DNA from: Octopus bimaculoides
Taxonomy: Eukaryota
DNA: 64,000 nt
Direction of reading: 5' to 3'
Assembly (NCBI RefSeq): GCF_001194135.2
Contig: NC_068981.1
Location: 160,480,654-160,544,653, forward strand
Notes under the pieces: generated by a model
The model's database searches: none
Seen by the model: only the letters and a program-made list of their open reading frames with translations
What the model was told of the DNA's origin: nothing
Shown: piece after piece, positions 13,160 through 24,224 of the stretch
Numbering within the stretch: position 1 is the stretch's first letter
How the letters are laid out: each line of letters begins with the position of its first letter
Translations under genes and position numbers: made by a program

Positions 13160-13296
13160 CTATTTGAAATAAATATATAAAGCTTAATCTTCTAAACAGT
13201 TTTAAAAGCCAATGAAAAATGAAAATATATCTATAGAATATTGTATCGGGCAATTTTTTTTTTCTTTTTTAATATTATAAGAACTTAAAAGCTTAC

Positions 13297-13644
13297 CTTC
13301 GTAATAAAGCCAAAGTCCTTTGCGCTTGCCTGCGCTTGCCATTGTCAGTGTTAAGTTTAACTCGTTTTTAGACGTGGGAAAACTTTTTTCATTTACACTT
13401 CGGTTGCATATTGTTATGGTGTTAACTCCCAAATTCAGAAACAGATAATCTGTACAGTTTTTATTTCGTTCACCTTTTAGATCGAGATCAAGTATATATA
13501 ATTGAATTTTCCTATGAGGTTCCACTCTAATGTTCAAACTGCACGTGAACCGACCTTGAACATTGTTAGGGTAGCGATCACTAGAAATGTATCCACTTTG
13601 ATCAGTGAGCTGTTTGGTGTTACAAATCGTTCTGATTTCAGATC
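13297..13644 (-). CDS. Nested gene coding exon 3: CUB domain
   Basis: ttttttcctcttaaAG|...|GTAAGC, 348 nt, phase 1/1. Contains CxxxxLxxxSGYISSxxYP, C-x3-I, DLDL, CxDYL, C and terminal GLWLYY, with 4 Cys, which is the CUB pattern. Confidence 0.9.
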
Positions 13645-14286
13645 CTTTAAGAGGAAAAAAATAAGATAAAGTTTTAAAAATAATAATTACAGTAAACATA
13701 ACAATTAAGTTACTGCAAATAAATCATTGTTTATATATCCGTCACAAAGAACCAGGCGTTTAATGAAGCGCGATTAAAATTAACACTAATCTATATAGAA
13801 CAGTCCTTAGCTTTGGTAGGATAAATATTCAATAATTATTTCATTTTTTCATAAAGGATCTAATTTGCCTTAATCTGCTAATGCTAAGTTGCTTTCACTC
13901 TTATCAGTCCCAGAAATAAATGTTTTATAGATATATATATATATATATATATATATAAACAAAACATCCCTATTGTTTTCACGTATCCAGAGAAGAGACA
14001 ATGCTAGATTTTATCTCCTTTCCATTATCAGAAAGAAAGAAATGAATAGGTCTCGAATCTGAAGTAACCACGTTCTTATATTTATTATTTCCCATAAATA
14101 CAGACCAACATGCGAGGATTTGAAAACTGCTACGATAGTTAGAATCAATTTCTTAAGTTAGTAGCAATTTAGTGGACAGCTTGTTTTAATTCGATAGCAA
14201 TCGCAACATTGTATCATCAATAATAAATTTAACAAAAGTGATAGCTTATGTGAAAGGATCAGCAATAAAGTATTTATTTTACTCAC

Positions 14287-14562
14287 GCTTTACACATTGG
14301 TATTCCACTTGAAAATAATTGAAGTCACATTTCTTTGTTCTTCGACCAGTTTCTCTCGTGGGTAAGTTAACACGACAGGACTCCCGACCCATGCAAGGGT
14401 AGTTTTGTTCCTCCTCATGTGTACAGTCATTCTCTTCGTAGCTGCAGGCTCCCCTGCTGCTGTGACCATAAAAACTCCTTAAAATGCGAACCATGTAACC
14501 GCTTGGACAAGTGGCGTTCAAAGAGTCCTTTTCGTCTTTAAAACAAGCGCTTACATTCAAAC
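14287..14562 (-). CDS. Nested gene coding exon 2: SUEL/Gal_lectin (rhamnose-binding-lectin-like) domain
   Basis: tttcctAG|...|GTGAGT, 276 nt, phase 1/1. (G)LNVSACFKDEKDSLNATCPSGYMVRILRSFYGHSSRGACSYEENDCTHEEEQNYPCMGRESCRVNLPTRETGRRTKKCDFNYFQVEYQCVK has 8 Cys in SUEL spacing, YG(H) and the terminal YFxVxYxC. Confidence 0.9.
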
Positions 14563-14875
14563 CTAGGAAATAATATTGGGTTTTATTTTGGTTGTGAAAG
14601 AGACGGCATTGTTACTTTTAAGAAGATCGAAATTAAATATTTGATTATAAACAGAGGTTAAAAATATGAAATTTTGTTTAGATTCTTATATCAGTAGAAG
14701 CTTAATGCAAAGCATTATATATATATATTTATAGATAAATAAAAATAATAAAAAAATATGAAGTGCAGCTGTCCCAAGCAGCTTTAATAAGAATTTAAGA
14801 AATAATTTTTCCTTTATGCCTGTGTGTGTGTACGAAATTTTTAAAAAATATATTTGCAATGCATAAACAACTCAC

Positions 14876-14951
14876 CTGCTACAAGATGACAGATATCAAA
14901 ATAAAGAAACACTGGAAACAGCACAATTGCCCAGCTAAATAATCTTGCCAT
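14876..14951 (-). CDS. Nested SUEL-CUB membrane protein gene, coding exon 1 (signal peptide); the exon including 12 nt of 5'UTR spans 14876-14963
   Basis: Minus strand reads ttttcctttcctgcAG|taattagcaatcATG GCA AGA...GTA GCA G|GTGAGT. Gives MARLFSWAIVLFPVFLYFDICHLVA plus 1 nt (phase 1), a hydrophobic N-terminus. Confidence 0.85.
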
Positions 14952-15177
14952 GATTGCTAATTACTGCAGGAAAGGAAAAATAAAACAGAAAAAAAGGGAA
15001 GATTTTTTGAAAAATAATAATAACTCAATCCATTATTGAAACGCATCAGTCTCAATAATAGAGAAACAACAAGTACAAAGGGAAACTGCAAGTACAAAGA
15101 AAGAGAAGCTGGTGTAATAATAATAGTTAGCTATGTCTCACAGCTGGACTGACGAGAGCTAGTACTATAGAACGTAC

Positions 15178-15208
15178 CTGGAACCGTTGTTCATATATAA
15201 TACACCTG
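15178..15208 (-). other. Candidate 5'UTR micro-exon of the nested gene
   Basis: Minus strand tataattttcAG|cAG|gtgtattatatatgaacaacggttccag|GTACGT: tandem (NAGNAG) acceptor and a good donor, ~210 nt upstream of coding exon 1. Based on motifs only. Confidence 0.3.
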
Positions 15209-16009
15209 CTGAAAATTATATGTATCCTTTATATATCGGCTGAATTTCCCTCCAAAATATAGAAAGTCTACAAATATGAAACTAAATTCTCTAAGACTGC
15301 GACTTGCATAGAGTCAGGTTTCTGGAGCGTCGGCTTCTGGGGACAAAGAGCAGGAAGTGTACCATATGTGAGTGCTTAAGGGGGTTTAGAATATGTATCT
15401 TCGTAGAAAGAAGTTCATTGTGTTCAAATGTAAACAAAGTATTTTCATTGACTAATTACTCATCAAAGACACCACGTTATTTACACTGACGACCGTCACT
15501 CTCTCTGCTAGCAGGTGCCATCATACTATAGAAGGCAGGCTATTTCTGTTGATATCTCTCCTTCCTCTACCTCACAGTCTTCTCGTGCAGCTTGAGTTGA
15601 TAGTGTGACCCGACATATGTTCGAGTTTGTTGCTTTCTTTCTGTTTAGACTCAACCATTACTACTAAAAGGGGATTTCTTATGCTCCCATCCCTCAACTG
15701 AAGCTTTCTAGTACTGTGGATGCTGAAATTCCAGCATTTCCATTGTTGAGACAAAATATATAAATAAAAAAGCAAAGCATTGAATATCATTACAGTATGA
15801 AAACGCATTTATATTTACATAGCATTAAAATAATTTTTTTTTTAATTAAATTATTTGTAAAAATTATTTTAGTCGCATGTACCTTGATGTAATCACCAAA
15901 TTTTGCAAAAGTGAGATAAGATAAATGTTTAAATCGGTTTGATAACTGAAAATTAGCAATATATTACAAATTGTTTTTATTCGTTAGCAACAGAGGGATT
16001 TTTTAAAAT

Positions 16010-16620
16010 CTACCTCGCTACGATTGCCTACCTACCCGCCAGTAGAAAAATGGAATAGCTCTAGAAATTGTTCTTCCACCTGTCAGGCTGATTACTACGT
16101 ATCATTGTTATGGAAATGAACGGTTTATACAGGTATTGTGTCGTCTCGCAGCGGTTGAATGATTAGTGAGTCTTTGGGGTCAGGAAGCAGTCAATGCAGA
16201 CGCCTGAAGTCGACAGCCTGCCACACTTTAGGTTGAAGTGGTGTGGATAGGGGTAGTAGAAAAACAGAAAACCTTTTCTTTATCGGGCAACACCTGTCTT
16301 TCTAGTTGACAAACAATGAGCCTATCCCGACCTCGAGCGAGCAGGCGCGTGTCTGGCCTTACTTATCAACGATGAAGAAAGAAAGAAAAACGATCTTGTC
16401 TTTTTCATAAGTAAAGCCACTTGAGAAAGAAGACAAAAATGGAAGTGGAAGGGAGGGATTAGCGACCCTGGCGGGAAGTTAAGAGAATATTAAGACAGTG
16501 GCGTACGCCTGGCTGTAAGCCGCCACGTGCCAAGCTTACGACCTACTAGAACAAAATTTTCTCTAATCTTTCAATTTCTGTCGTTTCAAATGTCACCAAA
16601 TCCGTCATTGGATTCAACTA
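16010..16620 (-). promoter_or_regulatory. CpG-rich, repeat-free segment upstream of the nested gene; candidate promoter or 5' exon region
   Basis: Visibly more GC- and CpG-rich than the flanks (cgacctcgagcgagcaggcgcg; ggcgtacgcc; gccgccacgtgcc), with several minus-strand donor-like sites. No transcript data. Confidence 0.3.
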
Positions 16621-17929
16621 TTTGCGAGACTGACAAAATGTTGAAATTATATGCAAACACGTGTATATATTTTACGCTGCAAAAATGTTTATAATCACAT
16701 AGTTATACTATTTTGGTTCAATGAAATTGGTAGTTTTTCCTAGATAAAATATATGTAACGCCAGGAACAAAGAAGTGTCTTCAATATGACGAGAGCAACA
16801 GACGGTTTCACATATACACACACACACACTGGGGCACCGCCTTGAAGAATTTTTAGTAGAATGAATCGACCCCAATATTTTTTAAAAGCCTGGCACTTAT
16901 TATTGAGACTGTGCATTTGTTTAGTCTTTTATTTCGGTCATTGGATTGCGGCCATCCTGGAGCACCACCTCCACGGGTTTTAGTCGAATAAATCAACCCC
17001 AGTGCTTCTTTGTCTTTTTCAGTCTGGTAATTATTCTATTGGTATATTTTGCCGAACTGCTAAGTCACTGGCTCTTATACAAACCAACACTGGTTGTCAA
17101 ACTGTGAGGGGTGGGGGACAAACATAGACACAAAGACACACACACACATTGGTTAGTCAGAGTTAAGACTTCATATCTATAGGGCTTAAATAGGAAAAGT
17201 GGACTTCAAATATACCACACTTGGAATACTTAAAAGTTACCATGCCACCCATCTATTTACCTTGTCAACTGCTGTTGAACAAAGAAAACAGTTTCTAGAT
17301 TAGCCTTGAAATACATAGCACTTGTTGACTTCACAAGTGAGTGGTATATAAATGACCAGGAAGGGATAACTGAAACTCTATCACAAAGAAATAACTGCCC
17401 CCTAATCACTTTACAGAATGTAGTGGGTACATTCTGTGCAGTGATTAGCGTTAGGCAGGGCAACCAGCCCGAGAAACCATACCACAACAGACAATTGGAG
17501 CCTCGACTAGCTCCTGTCAAACCGTCCAACCCATGCCAGCATGAAAAACGGACATTAAATGTTGATGATGATAGATATGTAACTGGATGAATATTGACTC
17601 TCCTGAGTTCATCTGCCTTTTGATAGGTCTTATTTTTCATTCCACAGAATTGTCCAAAAGCCACCCTACTCACCAAGCTGGTTTGGTGATGTTACTGGCT
17701 GAGTCATAGATGACCTGACCATGCAACAGGTTCTACTGGGGGGTTACATGTTACCAGTAACCCTCAAGAGTGACTTCACACACACACCTTGTGTGTGTAG
17801 TTAGATATATGACTATTACTGTTGAGTTTAGTTCCACACAGATTATCATCATCCAGTCTGCCTCCAGTAAAGTGGTTTGGATACTACTATACTTAGTATT
17901 ACTGGTTATGATACACAGAGCAAATGTAG

Positions 17930-17961
<32 letters not shown>

Positions 17962-17979
17962 GTATAATATATATATATC

Positions 17980-18385
17980 AGCCATTTCACTATGTTGAAC
18001 CATTAATTTCTACACATTTTTTCTCTCTCCGTTTTTTGTTTTTTTTTTTCTCCTTTCTGTCGAAGAGTGTAGGCTTGAAACAAAAGACTTTTGCATTCTT
18101 CCCAAGCATTAAACAAATATACCTGCTTGTTGTTCCTACACCTGTCTTCATCTTTTGTTTTCCATAAATTTGAACTATATGTATGTATGCGCCATGATAG
18201 ATCACTAGCCGCTACACATTCTTTATTTTCTCTCCATTTCTTTCTGTGTTCATTTCTTTCGAAGAGCGTAGGCTCGAAACGTTAAAGACTTTCTCACTTC
18301 CCAAGCGTTAAACTAATACATCTGTTTGTTGTCTACACCACCTGTCTTCATCTTCTGTTTTTTTTTGTGAATTCTCCCTATATTT
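17980..18385 (+). repeat. Two tandem copies of a ~190-bp repeat containing gaagagcgtaggctcgaaac; third copy at ~37005-37195
   Basis: Direct comparison of the three copies: each has cctgtcttcatct and (tttc)...gaagag.gtaggct.gaaac...aaagac. Confidence 0.8.
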
Positions 18386-19299
18386 ATATATATGTATATA
18401 TATATATGTACATGTATGTATATATGTGTATATATATGTAATATATATTTGTGTGTATATATGTATATGTATATATTTATGTATATATATATGTGTGTGT
18501 GTTTGTATACATAGATATATATATGTATATATCAGTGACGACTCCAGCACTCGGGCTGTTAGGGCTTAGCCTGAGTTTAAATTTAGTAAAGTGAACATGC
18601 ATTTGCAAGCCGATTTAATTTCTGCCAACACTGACTTCAAGTATGTAATTGTAGACAATAACCCAGGCTCCTTTTATTGAGTCTGATCACAGTTCATTTA
18701 TTTTCCTTCAGCATCTGGTGGTCGTCTTAGAGGTGCCCTGTGTCAAAAAATATCATTCGTAGCAGATGTTCTCTCGACATCGCTCACACGTGTCTGACTC
18801 AGGCTCAGAAGTTACAGCCCGAGTTGTTATCTATAATCATAAAGATTAAAAGTAATTCAAACTCAGTGTTTTCTTGAAATAATATTTTTCTATAAAGATT
18901 AGGATTTAAATTCCAATCTATGAAAAGTTTCCATTCTACAATATTCTTAATTATCCAGCAACTTGGGCTAATACGAACGAGTCTAGTTGGTGAAAAGGAC
19001 TAACTGACATCTCTTCTCAAGAGTACAGGCGACAGATTACTAATGTTTGTTGTGCACTCTGCTTTCATTATTTGATTGCTGTTATTCTGTGCATCTGTGT
19101 GTAAAGATGAGTTGTGTTTTGTATGGTTGCCTTATTTTTACCCTTAACTTAGAAATGGAAAAAGACATATTGCTGGATATAAAAAATAAGCCATTTGGGG
19201 CTAGAAATATTGCAGAAAAACGTGAGGCATTCTTTTATTAAAAGCAGCAAACTTGCTTACTGTTAAATTATCTGTGCATATGTAAGTCTACGGTGTGCA

Positions 19300-19725
19300 T
19301 TACGTCTCTTACCTTCTTTCATACATGTATGTGTCTTATGTGAAATCTGTGATGAGCCCAAGTGATGCTGATGACCTGGAGTCGCCTCAGGTGTATATAT
19401 ATATGTACGAGATATTGAACGCTGTGAAATGGCGAAGCTGGACGGAGAAATAGTAGTTTCGTCTCGCCTTCATGCCGGCTGGGGTGAGAAAGGAATTAGT
19501 GACCACAGGTCACATGTGAGCAAAGAGGAGTGGTGGAGGAGGAAAAGGGAGGAAGTGGAACGAAGGTGAGCGATGAGAGACAGGAAGGAAGAGTAAGAGA
19601 GAGATATGTATAGCAGTGAAGGGGAGAAGCAAGGAGAACGAGAGGGGGGGGGGATAGGTAAGAAGATAGATAGATAGATAGATAGACAGAGTCGCGTCAG
19701 AAATATAAAGTTGAAACTTACTTGC
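19300..19725 (-). promoter_or_regulatory. Second candidate promoter/first-exon region (GA-rich on +, CpG-containing)
   Basis: Strong minus-strand donors gaaagaag|GTAAGA (~19312) and catgcaa|GTAAGT (~19720) flank a CpG-containing segment and a polypurine tract. Confidence 0.25.
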
Positions 19726-20609
19726 ATGTTCGATAATATAATAATACAAATGATATATGAACATATGCATGTATACATACATATATGTACATACCTACAT
19801 CTACATGTATATATAGATGCATATCCGGGTACAGGACATCAGAAAAGTGAACGGGGACATAAAAAACAAAAACGATACATACATACATATACAAACATGT
19901 ATATAAATGTATATTGAAAGTAACTGAAATTGAAACCATATAATAGTGAAAGTATTAATAGAAATGTTACTGTTTCACTTTTGTCACATAATACAAAAAC
20001 AGTGTAAGAGATAAGAGATTGCTCCAGGCTCGCATTAAGCAAGAAGTTGGAAATTTTTCTGCCCATGACACTGCATGGACCCTAAGTAAGGCATGAGTAA
20101 AATTTGAATGAGATCCATTGGGTAGTTCTCGAGTTTTAGTGATGCATACGTACAGACAGACACACATTCTCAGTTTTATATATATATATATATATATATA
20201 TNNNNNNNNNNNNNNNNNNNNNNNNNNNNNNNNNNNNNNNNNNNNNNNNNNNNNNNNNNNNNNNNNNNNNNNNNNNNNNNNNNNNNNNNNNNNNNNNNNN
20301 NNNNNNNNNNNNNNNNNNNNNNNNNNNNNNNNNNNNNNNNNNNNNNNNNNNNNNNNNNNNNNNNNNNNNNNNNNNNNNNNNNNNNNNNNNNNNNNNNNNN
20401 NNNNNNNNNNNNNNNNNNNNNNNNNNNNNNNNNNNNNNNNNNNNNNNNNNNNNNNNNNNNNNNNNNNNNNNNNNNNNNNNNNNNNNNNNNNNNNNNNNNN
20501 NNNNNNNNNNNNNNNNNNNNNNNNNNNNNNNNNNNNNNNNNNNNNNNNNNNNNNNNNNNNNNNNNNNNNNNNNNNNNNTCTCTCCCTCTCTCTCTCTCTC
20601 TCTCTCTCC

Positions 20610-20643
<34 letters not shown>

Positions 20644-21702
20644 GTAATTTTGGAGTTGTAGTTGTTTGGCAAGTGGCTTGATCTGAGGTTGTGTGTTGGA
20701 AAAGAAGCAATTACATCATGGAAGAGTCATTTTAGTCATTTAAGAACAGAAAAACTGTGTTACATTTACATTTCATTAATTCCTTAATAGCCAGTCTATT
20801 ATGAGGTGTATTGAAATATTTTGCCACACTCATTCAGCTTAGTCACTGATAGCATTCCAGATGCCATAGAACTGTGTCAATGACCAGGTCGCAGAAGTGC
20901 ACTTTGTAATAAACTTTACAAAATAAACAAAGAGTAAATTTAATAGTTTCTGTGTGTTCTTCCATGGTTAGGAATTACTTTCCCACAATGTAGTTGTTTA
21001 TATATATACACATACACAATAAGTATATGAGGATAAATTATCCAAGCAGGTACCATAAGAGCTCTCTATTGCAGTCCAGGTTCTAGCTAACTGCACCAAG
21101 TAGTAAGAAGCACCAAGGATCGCTTAGGGTGAACAATCCCACTGTATTTCTTCTGATAGTGCATTATAAATATTTTCAGGAGTATAAATCCAAAACAATT
21201 ACAAAGGAAAGTGACGGGGGGGGGGGGATGTTGAAACTTGATATGGCTATAAAATTTGCTTTGTATCTGACCCCATGTTAGCCTTAGTTCCAGGACAAAA
21301 CTGAGGGTTTTATACACTAAATTAGGTCAAAGTATATCTTAGTGTTTTAATACAACTTCATCTATGTATTAAAAGATATTAATTAAAAATTAATTTAATC
21401 AATTGAAGGAATTGTCATATACTTAAGATGTCCATATGAAAGGTGATTTTGACATTCCTCGTTGACTTTGATTGGTTGCTCTGTACATTTGAAGACCTGT
21501 GAAATCTAAAACTCCCTTCCTGGAAAAAACAGGTGAGGTTTGACGACAGGAAGAGCACCCACCCGTAAAATCTGACCTCAAAATCTGTTCCCATCAAAGC
21601 CATGTTAGCATAGAAAACAAAAACTGACAAATGAACAAGTGGGGGGAGGGGGGAGAAAAAAAACAGTAAGAATGGGAAGTCCTTGTGCATAGGAGACGGC
21701 TG

Positions 21703-22104
21703 CAGGAGTGGCTGTGTGGTAAGTAGCTTGCTTACCAACCACATGGTCCTGGGTTCAGTCTCACTGCGTGGCACCTTGGGCAAGTGTCTTCTACTATAGC
21801 CTCGGGCCGGTCAAAGCCTTGTGAGTGGATTTGGTAGACGGAAACTGAAAGAAGCCCGTCGTATATATGTATATATATATGTATGTGTTTGTGTGTCTGT
21901 GTTTGCCCCCCCCCCCCAACATCGCTTGACAACCGATAGTGGTGTGTTTACGTCCCCGTAACTTAGCGGTTCGGCAAAAGAGACCAATAGAATAAGTACT
22001 AGGCTTCCAAAAAATAAGTCCTGGGGTCGATTTGCTCGACTAAAAGGCGTTGCTCCAGCATGGCCGCAGTCAAATGACTGAAACAAGTAAAAGAGTAAAA
22101 GAGT
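21703..22104 (+). mobile_element. Full-length tRNA-derived SINE, family A (A/B boxes, CORE-like centre, internal TA/TG microsatellite, aaagagt tail); apparently young copy
   Basis: A box tggctgtgtggt, B box gggttcagtc, CORE-like ccttgggcaagtgtctt, tail aagtaaaagagtaaaagag; many CpGs retained. Confidence 0.85.
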
Positions 22105-22842
22105 ATGTCGATTATGCTTAGTGGCATAAACAACAAAACAAGAGTATCAATGCATTGCAGATCAACACCAACTTACAGCCTGTTGTTTTCTTCAGATGGA
22201 GATGACACAGGAGCATAATAAACAAAGGAAATCTGAAACTCAGGCATGTGTATAATACTAATAACTGAAATGTGCAGGTAGATTGATGGAAGCACTTGTA
22301 TTCCAAAGCTATATTGTAATAGTGAAGCAATACACTGATGGCATATTCTGAAGAAACAAAAGTTCTGATGTTTTTATTTGGCAGTGTTTTCTATAGGCAC
22401 ATAAAAGAAGGGTCTAAAATATGAAGGACTTAGCGACAATGTGAAACACAAGGATGGCAGTGATTAGTGTTTCCAGAATAGGTGCAATGTTGTGCAGTTG
22501 TAGCTAAAGCCACAATGTGTTACCTGGTTGAGATTGGACTTAAAACAGGGAGCAGAGTAGTGATTCACAAACTGCAGATGGAAGCAGAAAATGATACACC
22601 ATGAATATAGCAGAGGTATATAATAAGGGTGAAGATTAAGAGAGCAAAGTAAATCCTCAACAAACATGCTTAGTGTAGTTACAGCTCGTTTGGTATGTGG
22701 CTGTATGGAGACTAGGGTAAAAGCAAAAAAAAAAATGTACTAGAGTGTGAGACAGACATTCATTGATAACATCATTGCTACTCAGCACTATAAAGGAAGC
22801 AGAATTGTTAGATGGTGTTGAAATAATTTCAATCTCTGTAGA

Positions 22843-23050
22843 ACTCTTTACTTTTTTACTTGTTTCAGTCATTTGACTGTGGCCATGCTGGAGCACCGCC
22901 TTTAGTTGAGCAAATTGACCCCAGGACTTATTCTTTGGAAGCCTAGTACTTATTCTATCGGTCTCTTTTGCCGAACCGCTAAGTTATGGGGACGTAAACA
23001 CACCAGCATCGATTGTCAAGCGATGTTTGGGGGACAAACACAGACACACA

Positions 23051-23082
<32 letters not shown>

Positions 23083-23422
23083 NNNNNNNNNNNNNNNNNN
23101 NNNNNNNNNNNNNNNNNNNNNNNNNNNNNNNNNNNNNNNNNNNNNNNNNNNNNNNNNNNNNNNNNNNNNNNNNNNNNNNNNNNNNNNNNNNNNNNNNNNN
23201 NNNNNNNNNNNNNNNNNNNNNNNNNNNNNNNNNNNNNNNNNNTATATACATATATATATATACAACGGGCTTCTTTCAGTTTTCCGTCTACCAAATCCAC
23301 TCACAAGGCTTTGGTCGGCCCAAGGCTATAGTAGAAGACACTTGCCCAAGGTGCCACGCAGTGAAACTGAACCCAGAACCATGTGGTTGGTAAGCAAGCT
23401 ACTTACCACACAGCCACTCCTG
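22843..23422 (-). mobile_element. Full-length family A SINE in reverse orientation; its internal microsatellite contains a gap
   Basis: Reverse complement is nearly identical to 21703-22104. Confidence 0.85.
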
Positions 23423-24224
23423 TGCAAGTTTTATGCAAAACAGTTTTGTGTTAATGGCTAAAGTCTGGATGAGATGATTCATTTTCTGTATACTTTGAGT
23501 CTCTTGTCCAGGATGCCACTGTCTCCAATGCTTTGGCTGGCATCAATATATTGGAAGCTGTCTGAATAGTTAACACAGGCAAAATGCTTTACAGCATTTC
23601 TTTCATCTTTACGTACTGAGTTCAAATTCTGCCAAGGTTGACTTTGCCTTTCCTTCATTCTCTCGGAGTCAATAAAATAAGTACCAGTTAAACACTGGGG
23701 TCGATGTAATCAGCTGATTCACTCCCCCCAAATTACTGGCCTTGTTCCAAAATTTGAAATCAATATATTGGAAGCTGCGATCCATCAATCCAAACATCTA
23801 TTCATCCATCCAACCATTTATCCATCAGGTAGTACAGTGAGGTCTGTGGCTGGCAAGTGGTGCAAATACACAGCACTATTAGGCATGTACTACTTTGAAC
23901 CAGTGGTAATAGAAACATTTAGGTTTGTTGATAAATCAATGGATGATTTCATCAATACTATTGGGTGGTGAGGGGCAATGATAGCTGAGGTGACATGTGA
24001 AGTAACCTCTACTTCATGGGTGTGGCAACAAATTAATCTTGTGAGTGTTTGTGGCAATATTTTCTGCGTGTCAGTTTGGTGCTTGGGTATTGATATTCTC
24101 CCTTCCACACATGCACACACACACACACTCCTTGTTTGTTTGTAAATAAATAAAAAAAACTTATCAAATTTGTGTGTGTGGCAAATGTGCAGGTACAATA
24201 AGCACTAAAAATGCGCAGACAGTA

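Noticed and set aside
13202-13699. 165-aa single-exon reading of the CUB ORF from the ORF track
   Set aside because: Its N- and C-terminal extensions are intronic. Splice sites at 13644 and 13297 delimit the real exon.
21703-21780. tRNA-like A/B box sequences
   Set aside because: These are SINE heads followed by SINE bodies and do not form complete cloverleaves, so they are not tRNA genes.
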